Translations under genes and position numbers: made by a program
Shown: positions 50,805-60,200 of the stretch, piece by piece
Layout of the letters: each line of letters opens with the position of its first letter
How positions within the stretch are numbered: the first letter of the stretch is position 1
Notes under the pieces: model-generated
Databases searched by the model: none
The model's input: the letters and a program-made list of their open reading frames with translations, nothing else
What the model was told of the DNA's origin: nothing
Origin: Myxococcales bacterium
GTDB taxonomy: Bacteria > Myxococcota_A > UBA9042 > JABWCM01 > BTVJ01
NCBI GenBank assembly: GCA_045863395.1
Contig: BTVJ01000001.1
Coordinates: 192,001 to 256,000, forward strand
Reading direction: 5' to 3'
Length of the DNA stretch: 64,000 bases

Positions 50805-51869
50805 ATGAGGATTGATCGAGCGCTGCTCGCGCTGGCCGTAGGCATCGCGGCCGCGGCCTGCGGAGACTCAGACGACGGAGCGACCCCGGGCGGGGGAGCC
50901 GAACTCACGGACGCGGGCAGCGGCAGCGACACGGGCAGCCCAACCGACACCGGCGGGGGCACCGACGCAGGCAACACCGATGCGGGCAACACCGACGCAG
51001 GCAACACCGACGCGGGCAGCACCGACACGGACTACACGGACGCGGGCAACACGGACGCGGGCAACACCGACACAGGCGGCACGGACGCCGGGGGCACGCC
51101 GACGCCAAACCCCATCCCCAGCGACTACAAGGCCACGTTCACGAAGGTCACCGACCGCGCCAAGAGCGACACCCACGAGGGGATGATGGTCGAGGTCTGG
51201 ATCAACGACCTCGCGAAGGCGGCCTTCGACGCAGGCGCGGGACCCTTCGCGGAGGGCTCCATCGTCATCAAGGAGCACTACGGCGACGACACGACGACGG
51301 ACGTGATGGCCTGGACCACCATGGAGAAGCGATCCGCCGGGTACGCGCCCGACACGGGCGACTGGTACTGGGCCAAGGTCATGGGCGACGGCACCGTCGA
51401 GATGGACGGCACCCCAGCCATGTGTACGGCCTGCCACGCCGCGGCGAAGGACAAGGACTGGGTCTTCACGCTCGAAGAGACGACCGCGTCCGGCAACGAC
51501 CCCGTACCCGACGACTACAAGAGCACCTTCACCAAGGTGACCGAGCGAGCAGTGAGTCAGTCGCACGAGGGGATGATGGTGGAGATCTGGGTCAACGACA
51601 CAGCCAAGCCCACGTGGGACTCGGGCAGCGGAGTCTACGCCAAGGGCTCCATCGTCATCAAGGAGCACTACATGGACGAGGCGAGCACGGACGTGAAGGC
51701 CTGGACCACCATGGAGAAGCGCGAGGCTGGCTACGCTCCTGACTCGGGGGACTGGTACTGGGCCAAGGTCATGGGCGACGGCACCGTCGAGATGGACGGC
51801 ACCCCGGCCATGTGCGTGGGCTGTCACTCCACGGCGAAGGACGTGGACTGGGTCATGAGCAAGCTCTGA
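50805..51869 (+). CDS. Lipoprotein with two tandem cytochrome P460-family domains
   Basis: Lipobox IAAAAC; TDAGN repeats; two copies of GSIVIKEHY...MEKRxAGYAPDxGDWYW...CxxCH...DWV (CTACH, CVGCH). Confidence 0.85.
   Translation: MRIDRALLALAVGIAAAACGDSDDGATPGGGAELTDAGSGSDTGSPTDTGGGTDAGNTDAGNTDAGNTDAGSTDTDYTDAGNTDAGNTDTGGTDAGGTPTPNPIPSDYKATFTKVTDRAKSDTHEGMMVEVWINDLAKAAFDAGAGPFAEGSIVIKEHYGDDTTTDVMAWTTMEKRSAGYAPDTGDWYWAKVMGDGTVEMDGTPAMCTACHAAAKDKDWVFTLEETTASGNDPVPDDYKSTFTKVTERAVSQSHEGMMVEIWVNDTAKPTWDSGSGVYAKGSIVIKEHYMDEASTDVKAWTTMEKREAGYAPDSGDWYWAKVMGDGTVEMDGTPAMCVGCHSTAKDVDWVMSKL
50907..51097 (+). repeat. 15-bp coding repeats (TDAGN/TDTGG pentapeptide linker)
   Basis: ACCGACGCRGGCAAC-like units in tandem. 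Confidence 0.8.
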
Positions 51870-52022
51870 CCTCGGGCGGAGTCCGCGGCGCGGTGGCTTG
51901 GGTCGCGTGCGTCCAGCCCCGCGTTCCCGCGGGAGGGATAGCCCCAGGGGGCGGGCGCTCCGGCCCTCTGGTCCCGCACCCTCACCCCCGGGGGCACATC
52001 CCCCCGCTCGACCAGGAGAACG

Positions 52023-52862
52023 ATGATGAGACGGATGCGTATGGCAGCCCTCCCAATCGTGCCGCTCGTGGCGGCGGTCGCGAGCTGCGGCGGGGGCGCC
52101 TCCTCCCCGCCGGCGCCCGCCCCGCCCGCCACGGCAGCCGAGCACGCGTCAGCCACACGTGACGCCCCCGCGGTGACGGCGCCGGAGGCCGCGGAGCCGG
52201 GCCCGGAGGCCTCGGCGGACAGGCCGGCCTCGCCTCCCGCGGAGCCAGCGGCCGGTGCGCCACGCCGGATGCCCAGCGCGGCGCCACAGGCGGAGCGCCT
52301 CGGCACCCTCCCGGCGGGAGTCGGCATCGCCGTGGGGACCCAGGCCCCCGACGCGATGGTCGAAGACGCAGACGGAAAGGCGGTCCGGCTGCACGACCTG
52401 CTTGACCGGGGGCTTGTCGCGCTCGTGTTCTACCGCGGCGGCTGGTGCCCCTTCTGCAACCATCAGATCCATGCACTGACGACCGCCTGGCCGGAGCTTC
52501 AGCGCCGCGGTGTCACCCCCGTCGCGATCAGCGTGGACCGCGTGGACGAGGCGTCGAAGACCCGGGCCACGTATGACATCCCGTTCCCGGTGCTCGCCGA
52601 CCCGGACCTGAGAGCCCACACGGCGTTTGGCGTGGTCCACCGCGCGGACGACGCCGAAGTCGAGCGCCTGAAGTCCTTCGGGCTCGACATCGAGAGAGCC
52701 TCGGGGAAGACGCACCACGCGTTCGCGGTCCCCGCGATCTTCATCGTGGACCAGGCCAGGGTCGTCCGGTGGGCCCACGCCGACGCGGACTACAAGGTTC
52801 GCCCGACGACGGAGCAGCTCCTCGCCGCCATCGACGGGCTCGGGCTGGCGCCGGCACCCTGA
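52023..52862 (+). CDS. Peroxiredoxin-like AhpC/TSA lipoprotein
   Basis: Lipobox-like VASC, Pro/Ala linker, GTQAPD, LVFYRGGWCPFC, VAISVD, FPVLADPD, VPAIFIVD. Confidence 0.9.
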   Translation: MMRRMRMAALPIVPLVAAVASCGGGASSPPAPAPPATAAEHASATRDAPAVTAPEAAEPGPEASADRPASPPAEPAAGAPRRMPSAAPQAERLGTLPAGVGIAVGTQAPDAMVEDADGKAVRLHDLLDRGLVALVFYRGGWCPFCNHQIHALTTAWPELQRRGVTPVAISVDRVDEASKTRATYDIPFPVLADPDLRAHTAFGVVHRADDAEVERLKSFGLDIERASGKTHHAFAVPAIFIVDQARVVRWAHADADYKVRPTTEQLLAAIDGLGLAPAP

Positions 52863-53204
52863 CCCCCTGGTGTCGGTAGCGGGCAGGCCGACGCGCCAGA
52901 GTGGCGGCGTCGGGCTCTCGGCCACGTTCCCTGGGCTCCGTCCGGCGCTCCGCTGGGGCCGCGGAGTCCTCGCGCCGGCGAACCCTTCCCACCCACACTG
53001 CTCGCCCTCCGACGCGCGCGGCCCCAGAGATGCTCGCGACTCCCGTTCCGCGCCCCGGGACGCGGGACCCATGGAACCGTCTCCGCTCGGGGGACGTCCC
53101 TTCGATCCGTGACGTCGTGCGTCGCGCTGAGAGCCTCTCGGTCGTCGTGGAGACCGGCGCTTCCACGCCCCGCATGAGGCGCGCCAAGCCCTGGAGGGCT
53201 CATA

Positions 53205-54122
53205 GTGACACCCCGCCAATACCAGGCCATCGTGCCGCTCGCGCTGATCGCCGCCGCTTGCGCGGGGAACGGCGCGCCGCCACCGTCGCCTCCCAGCATG
53301 CCGCCGAGTCAGGCGCCCGTCACCCCAGCGGCCCCGCCAACTGAGACCGCACCAGCACCGTCGGGCGCGCCCGTGGAGCCGGCGCCCCAAGTCTCCGGTG
53401 ACCCCGCGCTGCCCGGCGTCCGCGCGGTGGACGCGGCCCTCTCGGCGGCCCGCGGGGCGGCGCTGGCGGCGAAGGGGCCAGGCTACCGACCACGGACGCG
53501 ACACGTCGCAGCCGACGGCAGGCCGACCTACACGAACCGGCTCATCCTCGAGACGAGCCCCTACCTGCTGCAGCACGCCCACAGCCCGGTGAGCTGGTAC
53601 CCATGGGAAGACGAAGCCTTCGAGCGGGCGCGCCGGGAGGACAAGCCCCTGCTGCTGTCCGTAGGCTACTCGACCTGCCACTGGTGCCACGCCATGGAGC
53701 GCGAGTCGCTCGAAGATCCTGAGATCGCAGCGTTTCCGAACGAGACGTTCGTCGCCATCAAGGTGGACCGTGAGGAGCGGCCCGACGTGGACTCCCTCTA
53801 CATGACCGCCGTGCACCTGCTCGCCGGGCGGGGCGGCTGGCCCATGACCGTGGTGCTGACTCCGTCCCGAGAGCCCTTCTTCGCCGGGACGTACTTCCCG
53901 GCCCGGGACGGCGACCGGGGCGCGCGCAAGGGGTTTCTGTCCATCCTGCGGGAGCTGCACGTCGCGTACAGGGAGCGCCGTGGAGAACTCGTCACCACCG
54001 CGGCCGAGTTCACGCGACGGCTGCGGGCCGCGACGGAGCCGGAGCGCCCAGCGGATCTGCCGGGCGCCGATGCCATCGCGCGCGCCGCCGCCAACCTGGC
54101 GCGAGCGTACGACCCGGCGTAG
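53205..54122 (+). pseudogene. Truncated YyaL/SSP411-like thioredoxin-domain (DUF255) gene
   Basis: [59 protein letters not shown]. Ends at YDPA-TAG-GGVG, exactly where the family reads YDxxxGGFG; the helical C-terminal domain is absent. Confidence 0.8.
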
Positions 54123-54232
54123 GGCGGCGTCGGGCTGAGTGCTGACGGCCGACCGCTGATAGCCCCGCGCCGGCCGTGCCCCCATCGGAGGACACCACCC
54201 TGAATAGCTGACGGGGCGATTCGACCCTCGAA

Positions 54233-54336
54233 TGACGCAAGGAACTTGCCGGACGATATACCTCGACCTGGAATCGCTGTGGTCGCTGGAGCCCGCCGAC
54301 GCGATTGACGCAAAGGAGCTTGCCGGACGATGTACC
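54233..54336 (+). repeat. Pair of ~30-bp imperfect direct repeats separated by 43 bp
   Basis: TGACGCAAGGAACTTGCCGGACGATATACC (54233-54262) and TGACGCAAAGGAGCTTGCCGGACGATGTACC (54306-54336). Confidence 0.75.
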
Positions 54337-54396
54337 AGCCGAGGGACGCGCGCCACCCACGGGAGGCGCCCCACCCGCGGCTGACCAGCGTCTGGT

Positions 54397-54425
54397 CGTA
54401 ACGCGCGAGTCCCTCTCGCCACCGA
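54397..54425 (+). promoter_or_regulatory. Putative ECF promoter upstream of the 65-aa ORF
   Basis: CGTAAC-N17-CACCGA. Confidence 0.65.
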
Positions 54426-54510
54426 TCCGCACGCGGACCGCATCCTGCCCGCGTGACCCTCTCTCGCCAGCACCGCACGGGCCGGCGACGCACTCTCCAG
54501 GAGGTGACCC

Positions 54511-54708
54511 ATGTCCTGGATCGTCGTCGCGTTCATCGCCTTCTGCCCGGCCGTCTTGATCCTCGGCGTCGCCGCGCGCGCCGCACGCGAGCACATCGGC
54601 GCTACGCGGCTCCACCAGGCGCTGGCAGAGGAGTCCTCCCGCGTGATCGCGGCCCCGCAGACGACGCCGGACCGCTGTGCTGAATCTCATGCGGGCTTGG
54701 CCCCGTAG
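54511..54708 (+). CDS. Small single-TM protein (65 aa)
   Basis: AGGAGGT RBS; hydrophobic N-terminus MSWIVVAFIAFCPAVLILGVAA; preceded by the ECF motif. Confidence 0.6.
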   Translation: MSWIVVAFIAFCPAVLILGVAARAAREHIGATRLHQALAEESSRVIAAPQTTPDRCAESHAGLAP

Positions 54709-54901
54709 CTGCGCTCCCGCCACACACGGCCGCTGCGCGACTGACGCCGCAGGGGAAGACGTCCTGCTCCGGCCGGACGATCCCGCTCCCTCCGCGGAGC
54801 TGGCTGCCGCCGGGCCGCGGACTGGGCGGCCGGCAGCCGCGCCCGGGCGTCTCGCCGGCGCCGCGTGATCCCTCTACGCGAGCCGCGCGTACTCCGGGCA
54901 T

Positions 54902-54930
54902 CGTAACGCGCAGCCTGCTCGCGTCACGGA
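54902..54930 (+). promoter_or_regulatory. Putative ECF promoter upstream of the RiPP precursor
   Basis: CGTAAC-N17-CACGGA. Confidence 0.7.
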
Positions 54931-55001
54931 CAACCGCTCGGAGCGACTCAGCCACTGACGGCGGCGCTCCGGCATCCCACACACCGAAACGGAGGCAACC
55001 G

Positions 55002-55289
55002 ATGAAGAACCTGACCAGCATCTTGAGCACCGCGGCCTTCTCTCTGAGCGTCCTCGCCTCGACCGCGGCCTTCGCGTCGTCGACGCCGGGAGACCACCTC
55101 GCAAACGCCATCGGAGACGAGAAGAAGTGCGGCGGAGACGAGAAGAAGTGCGGCGGAGACGAGAAGAAGTGCGGCGGAGACGAGAAGAAGTGCGGCGGCG
55201 GCGAGAAGAAGTGCGGTGGCGACGAGAAGAAGGACGCCGGCGCGGACAAGGGCGGCGAGAAGGGGTGCGGCAAGAACTCCTGCGGCTAA
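55002..55289 (+). CDS. Secreted Cys-repeat RiPP precursor (HvfA/oxazolin-like) for the adjacent MNIO
   Basis: GGAGG RBS; Sec signal ending TAAFA; five EKKCG repeats plus EKGCG and NSCG (7 Cys); immediately upstream of DUF692. Confidence 0.88.
   Translation: MKNLTSILSTAAFSLSVLASTAAFASSTPGDHLANAIGDEKKCGGDEKKCGGDEKKCGGDEKKCGGGEKKCGGDEKKDAGADKGGEKGCGKNSCG
55113..55232 (+). repeat. 21-bp coding tandem repeat (GDEKKCG)
   Basis: GGAGACGAGAAGAAGTGCGGC four times exactly, then one variant copy and one partial copy. Confidence 0.95.
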
Positions 55290-55301
55290 CCGCCCATCTC
55301 T

Positions 55302-55343
55302 CTCGCAGGGACCCCGTGCGCACTGAGGCGGGGCCCCTGCGAG
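55302..55343 (+). terminator. Stem-loop between the precursor and MNIO genes
   Basis: CTCGCAGGGACCCCG...CGGGGCCCCTGCGAG: 14 of 15 bases paired, 12-nt loop, no U tract. Confidence 0.6.
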
Positions 55344-55387
55344 GCTGCTCGACCCTGGTCGACCACCCCAGCCCACGAGCGACTCAG

Positions 55388-56248
55388 ATGACACGAGAGA
55401 CCTGGCGGCAGAGACACGCCCTCCCCGTCCTTGGCCATGGGATCGGGCTTCGGCGCCCCTTCTTCGACACGATCCTCGAGGTGGCTCGCCCCGTCGACTG
55501 GCTCGAGGTCGTGCCGGAGAACTTCATCCTGTTCGGTGGTCGCCCGCGCCGCGCCCTGGCGGCTTGCGCCGAACGGTGGCCGATCATCCCTCACGGCGTC
55601 AGCCTCTCCGTGGGCGGCCCTGACCCCCTCGACACGGACCTCCTGAACGGGATTCGGACGCTGGCAAGGGACGCGCGGTCCCCCTGGTTCAGCGACCACC
55701 TGTGCTGGAGCGCCGCGGGCGGGACCCACACCCAAGACCTGATCCCGCTGCCCTTCTCCGAGGAGGCTGTCCGCCACGTGGCCCCCCGCATCAGGGAGGT
55801 CAGCGAGCGCGTCGGCCTGCCGTTCCTGGTGGAGAACATCAGCAGTTACGCCATCATGCCGGGCAGCACCATGAGTGAGGCGCAGTTCTTGACGGCAGCG
55901 CTGGAGGAGGCGGACTGCGGCCTGCTCCTGGACGTGAACAACGTCGTCGTCAACGCGCACAACCACGGCTTCGACCCGGTTCGCTTCATCCAGTCCATCC
56001 CGCTCGAGCGAGTGGTGCAGATCCATGTGGCGGGTCACCGCGTCGTGGGCGACCTTCGCGTCGACGACCACGGCAGCGCCGTCAGCGATCCCGTGTGGGC
56101 GCTATACGAGCATGTGATCGCGCGGATCGGCCCCACGACGACCCTCGTGGAGTGGGACAACCACATCCCGCCCGTGGACGTTGTGCTCGACGAGGCAGAC
56201 AAGGCGCGCGACCGAGCCGAAGCTGCCCTGGCACGGAGGGCCGCATGA
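55388..56248 (+). CDS. DUF692 multinuclear non-heme iron oxidase (MNIO) RiPP maturase
   Basis: GIGLRR, DWLEVVPENF, HGVSLSVGG, WFSDHLCW, DLIPLP, LVENISSY, LLLDVNN...NAHNHG, QIHVAGH, DDHG, LVEWDNHIP. Confidence 0.95.
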   Translation: MTRETWRQRHALPVLGHGIGLRRPFFDTILEVARPVDWLEVVPENFILFGGRPRRALAACAERWPIIPHGVSLSVGGPDPLDTDLLNGIRTLARDARSPWFSDHLCWSAAGGTHTQDLIPLPFSEEAVRHVAPRIREVSERVGLPFLVENISSYAIMPGSTMSEAQFLTAALEEADCGLLLDVNNVVVNAHNHGFDPVRFIQSIPLERVVQIHVAGHRVVGDLRVDDHGSAVSDPVWALYEHVIARIGPTTTLVEWDNHIPPVDVVLDEADKARDRAEAALARRAA

Positions 56249-56952
56249 CATCCCTCCCTGGCTGGTTCGCCACCATGATGGGGCTCCTCGAGGGCCGCAC
56301 GGACGCGGCGGCCGTCGAGGCCGTGCTCGGTCCGTCCCCCTCGGGCACCACGCGCCTCCAGTACTACCGGACGCTCGTCTCGAACGACTGGACCGGGCTC
56401 CTCGACGCGGTCTACCCCTACACCCGCGCGCTGATGGCGCCGGCACAGTGGGACGCGGTCTGCCGGCGCTTCCTCGCCGAACACCCTCCGAACCACTGGG
56501 AGCTGAACCGCCTGGGCGCCCGCCTCCCGGAGTGGCTCGCGTCCCAGGCAGACGCGACGCCATGCCTCGCGGACGTCGCCGCGGTGGAGTGGCTGGAGCT
56601 CGAGGTCACCCTCCACCCTGCGCCGGACGTCCTGCCGTGGGAGGCGGGTCCCGTGGTACTCAACCCGACAGTCGACGTGAGGCAGCTCCGGTGGGACGTC
56701 CCGGGGTGGCTTGCGTCGGGGCGCCCCCACGGAGGCCTCACGGAGCGCCCGACGCTGTGCATCGCGTGGCGGGACCCGCGCACCTTGCGCTGCCGCCTGA
56801 CAGAGGGTACCGCCGCGATCCTGTTCGTCGTCCAGGCCGTCCACCAGGCCGTTCCCCCCCTCGATGCGGCGCGCGGGCACGGAGTCGACCCGGACGACGT
56901 CGAAGCGCTTGCCCGTGACCTCGGCCGGCGTGGCCTCCTGGTCGCGGCATAG
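56245..56952 (+). CDS. DUF2063-type MNIO partner (HvfC/BufC-like)
   Basis: ATGA overlap with DUF692; RLQYYRTLV...LLDAVYPYTRALM....W..VCRRFLAEHPP...LADVAAVEWLELEV, LNPT. Confidence 0.88.
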   Translation: MTSLPGWFATMMGLLEGRTDAAAVEAVLGPSPSGTTRLQYYRTLVSNDWTGLLDAVYPYTRALMAPAQWDAVCRRFLAEHPPNHWELNRLGARLPEWLASQADATPCLADVAAVEWLELEVTLHPAPDVLPWEAGPVVLNPTVDVRQLRWDVPGWLASGRPHGGLTERPTLCIAWRDPRTLRCRLTEGTAAILFVVQAVHQAVPPLDAARGHGVDPDDVEALARDLGRRGLLVAA

Positions 56953-57215
56953 GGGCGGACCCGGCCGGTGCCAGTCATCGCGGGGTGCCCCGCCGTTGAG
57001 TCCGGGGGGCGACGTCGCGGGCGGGTGGAGCGTCGAGGGCGCCTCGTTTCGCCCGCTGGTCTCGCATCCTCGGCGGCGAGGTCCTGCCGCGTCTCCAGCG
57101 AAGGGGGGCGCGGGAGCAACCCGGGGACGAACCGTGAGCTGCAGCCACGCTTGACCTGCGGGTCGCCGCTCGCACCGGGTTGTCTCAACACCGCGCCTCT
57201 GCGAGGATGCAGGAC

Positions 57216-60200
57216 ATGAGCTGGCTCCTCGCGCTGCTGTTGGCCCTCCCCGCGACCCGGGACCTGCGCTCGGAGGCGGACCGCGCCCTCGACCCGCTGC
57301 GTGGCCCCACCCTCGCCGTGGAGGCGTCGGTCCTCGACGCGCGGTGGGAGGGCGACGTGGTGCGGGTGGCGGTGGATCTCGTGTCCCCGGTCGTGGACGA
57401 GCGCCTGATCCACGAGGTGGTGGAGGCGCTCCTGGAGGTGTGGGCGGACGACCGCCCCCGCGGCGTCTACGTGGAGGCGCTCGACCCGGTCACCGGGGAG
57501 CTCCTGCCCTTGCCGGCGCTGCTCCCGCCCATCACGCCGCCGCCAGAGAAGCTGGTCTCTCCCCTGTCTCCTCCCATCGGCGTGACGGCCCCGGGACAAC
57601 CGGCGGGCTTCCTCGCGGGCAAGGTGATCTACGTGAGCCAGGCCCATGGGTTCACGTGGACGCAGGCGCTGAACCGGTGGGCGACTCAGCGGGGCAACAC
57701 GAACGGCATCGTGGAGGACCTGGTCAACGCCGAGGGCATCAACCACTACCTCGTGCACTACCTGCGGAACGCGGGCGCTACGGTGTTCACGGTGCGCGAG
57801 CACGACATGCAGCACCACATGGCGGTGGTGGACAACGGCGGCGGGGGCACCTTCGAGGAGGTGGGGGAGTGGTTCGACTCCACGCTGCCCGGCTTCGCGG
57901 CGGGGATGGCCCCCTACGAAGGGCAGGAGAACCCCCACGCCCTGGGAGGCAACCGCCTCGCCACCACCGTGAGCGGCTCGGCGACGGCGGTGGCGCGGTG
58001 GGTGCCCGACATCCCGGCGCCGGGCCACTACAACGTCTACGTCACATACTCACAGCACGCCGCGCGTGCCCAGGACGCCCACTACGTGGTGCGCCACCCC
58101 GGCGGCGAGTCCCACGTGCGCGTCAACCAGGAGCGGCACGGCGGCACGTGGGTGTTCATTGGCCGGCACTGGTTCGAGGCGGGTGAGGACGCGGTGATCG
58201 GGGCGGTGGAGCTGCACAACGACAGCGAGCTGGAGCCCGGCGACAACGTGAGCGCAGACGCGGTGCGCTTCGGCGGCGGGCTGGGAGACGTCGCGCGTGG
58301 CACCGGGAGCGGGGTCGCAACGAGCCCCACGAGCGGCCGCCCGCGGTGGGAGGAGTGCGCGCGGTACAACGTCCAGTTCCAAGGGGCCCCGCCGAGCGTC
58401 TTCGACTACTCGGCGAGCGACCCCAACGACGACGTGAGCTCCCGGTCCCGGTACGCCGCGTGGCAGAACGAGGCCGGGGAGGACGCCGTCTATGTCGCGT
58501 GGCACACCAACGCCCCGAACCCCGGCGTAGGCACGTCGAGCTACACCTACGGGCCCAACGAGCCCAACGGCGAGTACATCTTCACGGGAACCAAGGGCAG
58601 CGACCTGCTCCAGGATGTGCTCCACGCGGAGATCATCAACGATCTGCGCGCCGCCTTCGACCCGGCGTGGAAGGACAGGGGCAAGTACACCGCGTGGTTC
58701 GGCGAGGTCAACCCCAGCCACAACCCCGAGATGCCGGCGGTGCTCGTGGAGCTGGCCTTCCACGCGACGCCGTCCGACGCCGAGTGGCTCAAGGAGCCGC
58801 GCTTCCGCCAGGTTGCGGCCCGCGCCTTCTATCAGGGGGTCGCCAAGTACTTCGGGGCGCGAGATGGCGTAGCCGCGCCGCTCCTGCCGGAGCCGCCCCG
58901 AGCCCTGCGCGTGGAGAATCTCGGGGACGGCCGGCTGCGGGTGCGCTGGGCGCCACCGGAGACAGACTCGGTGGGCCTCGCCGGCGAGGCCGCCACAGGC
59001 TACCGCGTCTACCGGAGCCGGGACGGACTGGCCTTCGATGGGGGGACGCAGGTGGGTGCCACGGAGCTGATCATCGAAGACGCCCCACTCGGGGAGCCCC
59101 TGTACGTGCGGGTGACGGCAACGAACTCGGGCGGCGAGAGCTTCCCCACGCCGGTGGGCGGCGCCACCCCCACGTGCGGCCCGCGCGCCCTGGTGGTGGA
59201 CGGCTTCACGCGCATCGACAAGCACGGCCTCATCCCAGAGAATCTAGCGCCCTGGGATCTGGGCACCGTCCAGCGCTTCGACCAACGCCGACTCAACGCC
59301 TTCGACTACGTGCGTCACCACGGGGAGGCCCTGTTCGCGGCGGGCGTGGCCTTCGACTCGGCGCAGGCAGGTGCCGTGGAGGCGGGTGCCGTCAGCCTGG
59401 ACGCCTACGACCTGGTCGTCTGGTACCTGGGCGAGGAGAGCACCGCGGATCACACATTCACCCCGGCGGAGCAGACTGCCGTGCGCTCGTTCGTCGAGGC
59501 AGGCGGCCGGCTCCTCGTCAGCGGCGCCGAGATCGCGTGGGATCTGGGCGAGAAGGGGAGCGCCGAGGACCAGACGTTTCTCGCGGACATCCTGGGCGTC
59601 ACCTACGCGGCTGACAGCGCGGGCACGTATGCGACCTTGGGGGTGGGCCCGCTAGCCGGCCTCGGAGCCATCTCCTTCGACGACGGCACCCAAGGGGCCT
59701 ACGACGTCGACTACGCGGACGTGCTGGGCCCCGTGGGCGGGGTCGCCGTCCTGGAGTATGACGCGGGGGGCGCGGCGGCGGTGCTCTCCGGCACGGTGCT
59801 CACCCTGGGATTCCCCTTCGAGGCGGTCACGCCGGGCGCCGCCCGCATCGCGCTGATGCAGGCGGCGACGGAGATTCTCGGGGCGAGCCCGGACGCGGGC
59901 TGCGCCGTGACGCCTCCCGAGGACGTGGGGCCCACGGGAGACGCGGGCACTGTCCGGGCGGGTGATGCCGCCTCTCACGCGGACGGCGTCAGCGACTCCG
60001 ACAGCGACGCGGTCAGCGACAGCGGCCTGGACGCGGCCGACAGCGCCGTTGCGGAGCCACTGGATCCTCTGGACGCTGGCCCCGTCGGCCGGTGGAAGGA
60101 CGTGGCGTGGGGCGCTACCGACACGTCCGATGTGCAGGACGCTGCCACCGTCGTCGAGGGAGACACGGGGCGGGGGACTCCTCCATCGGGCATCACGGAC

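Noticed and set aside
54120..54122. TAG as a pyrrolysine or read-through codon in the YyaL-like gene
   Set aside because: Similarity ends four codons later (no APKFP motif) and another in-frame stop follows near 54201.
54233..54336. Two repeats with a 43-bp spacer as a mini-CRISPR
   Set aside because: Only two imperfect, non-palindromic copies and no cas genes in the window.
55113..55232. 21-bp tandem repeats as a CRISPR array
   Set aside because: No spacers; they are in-frame coding repeats of the RiPP precursor.
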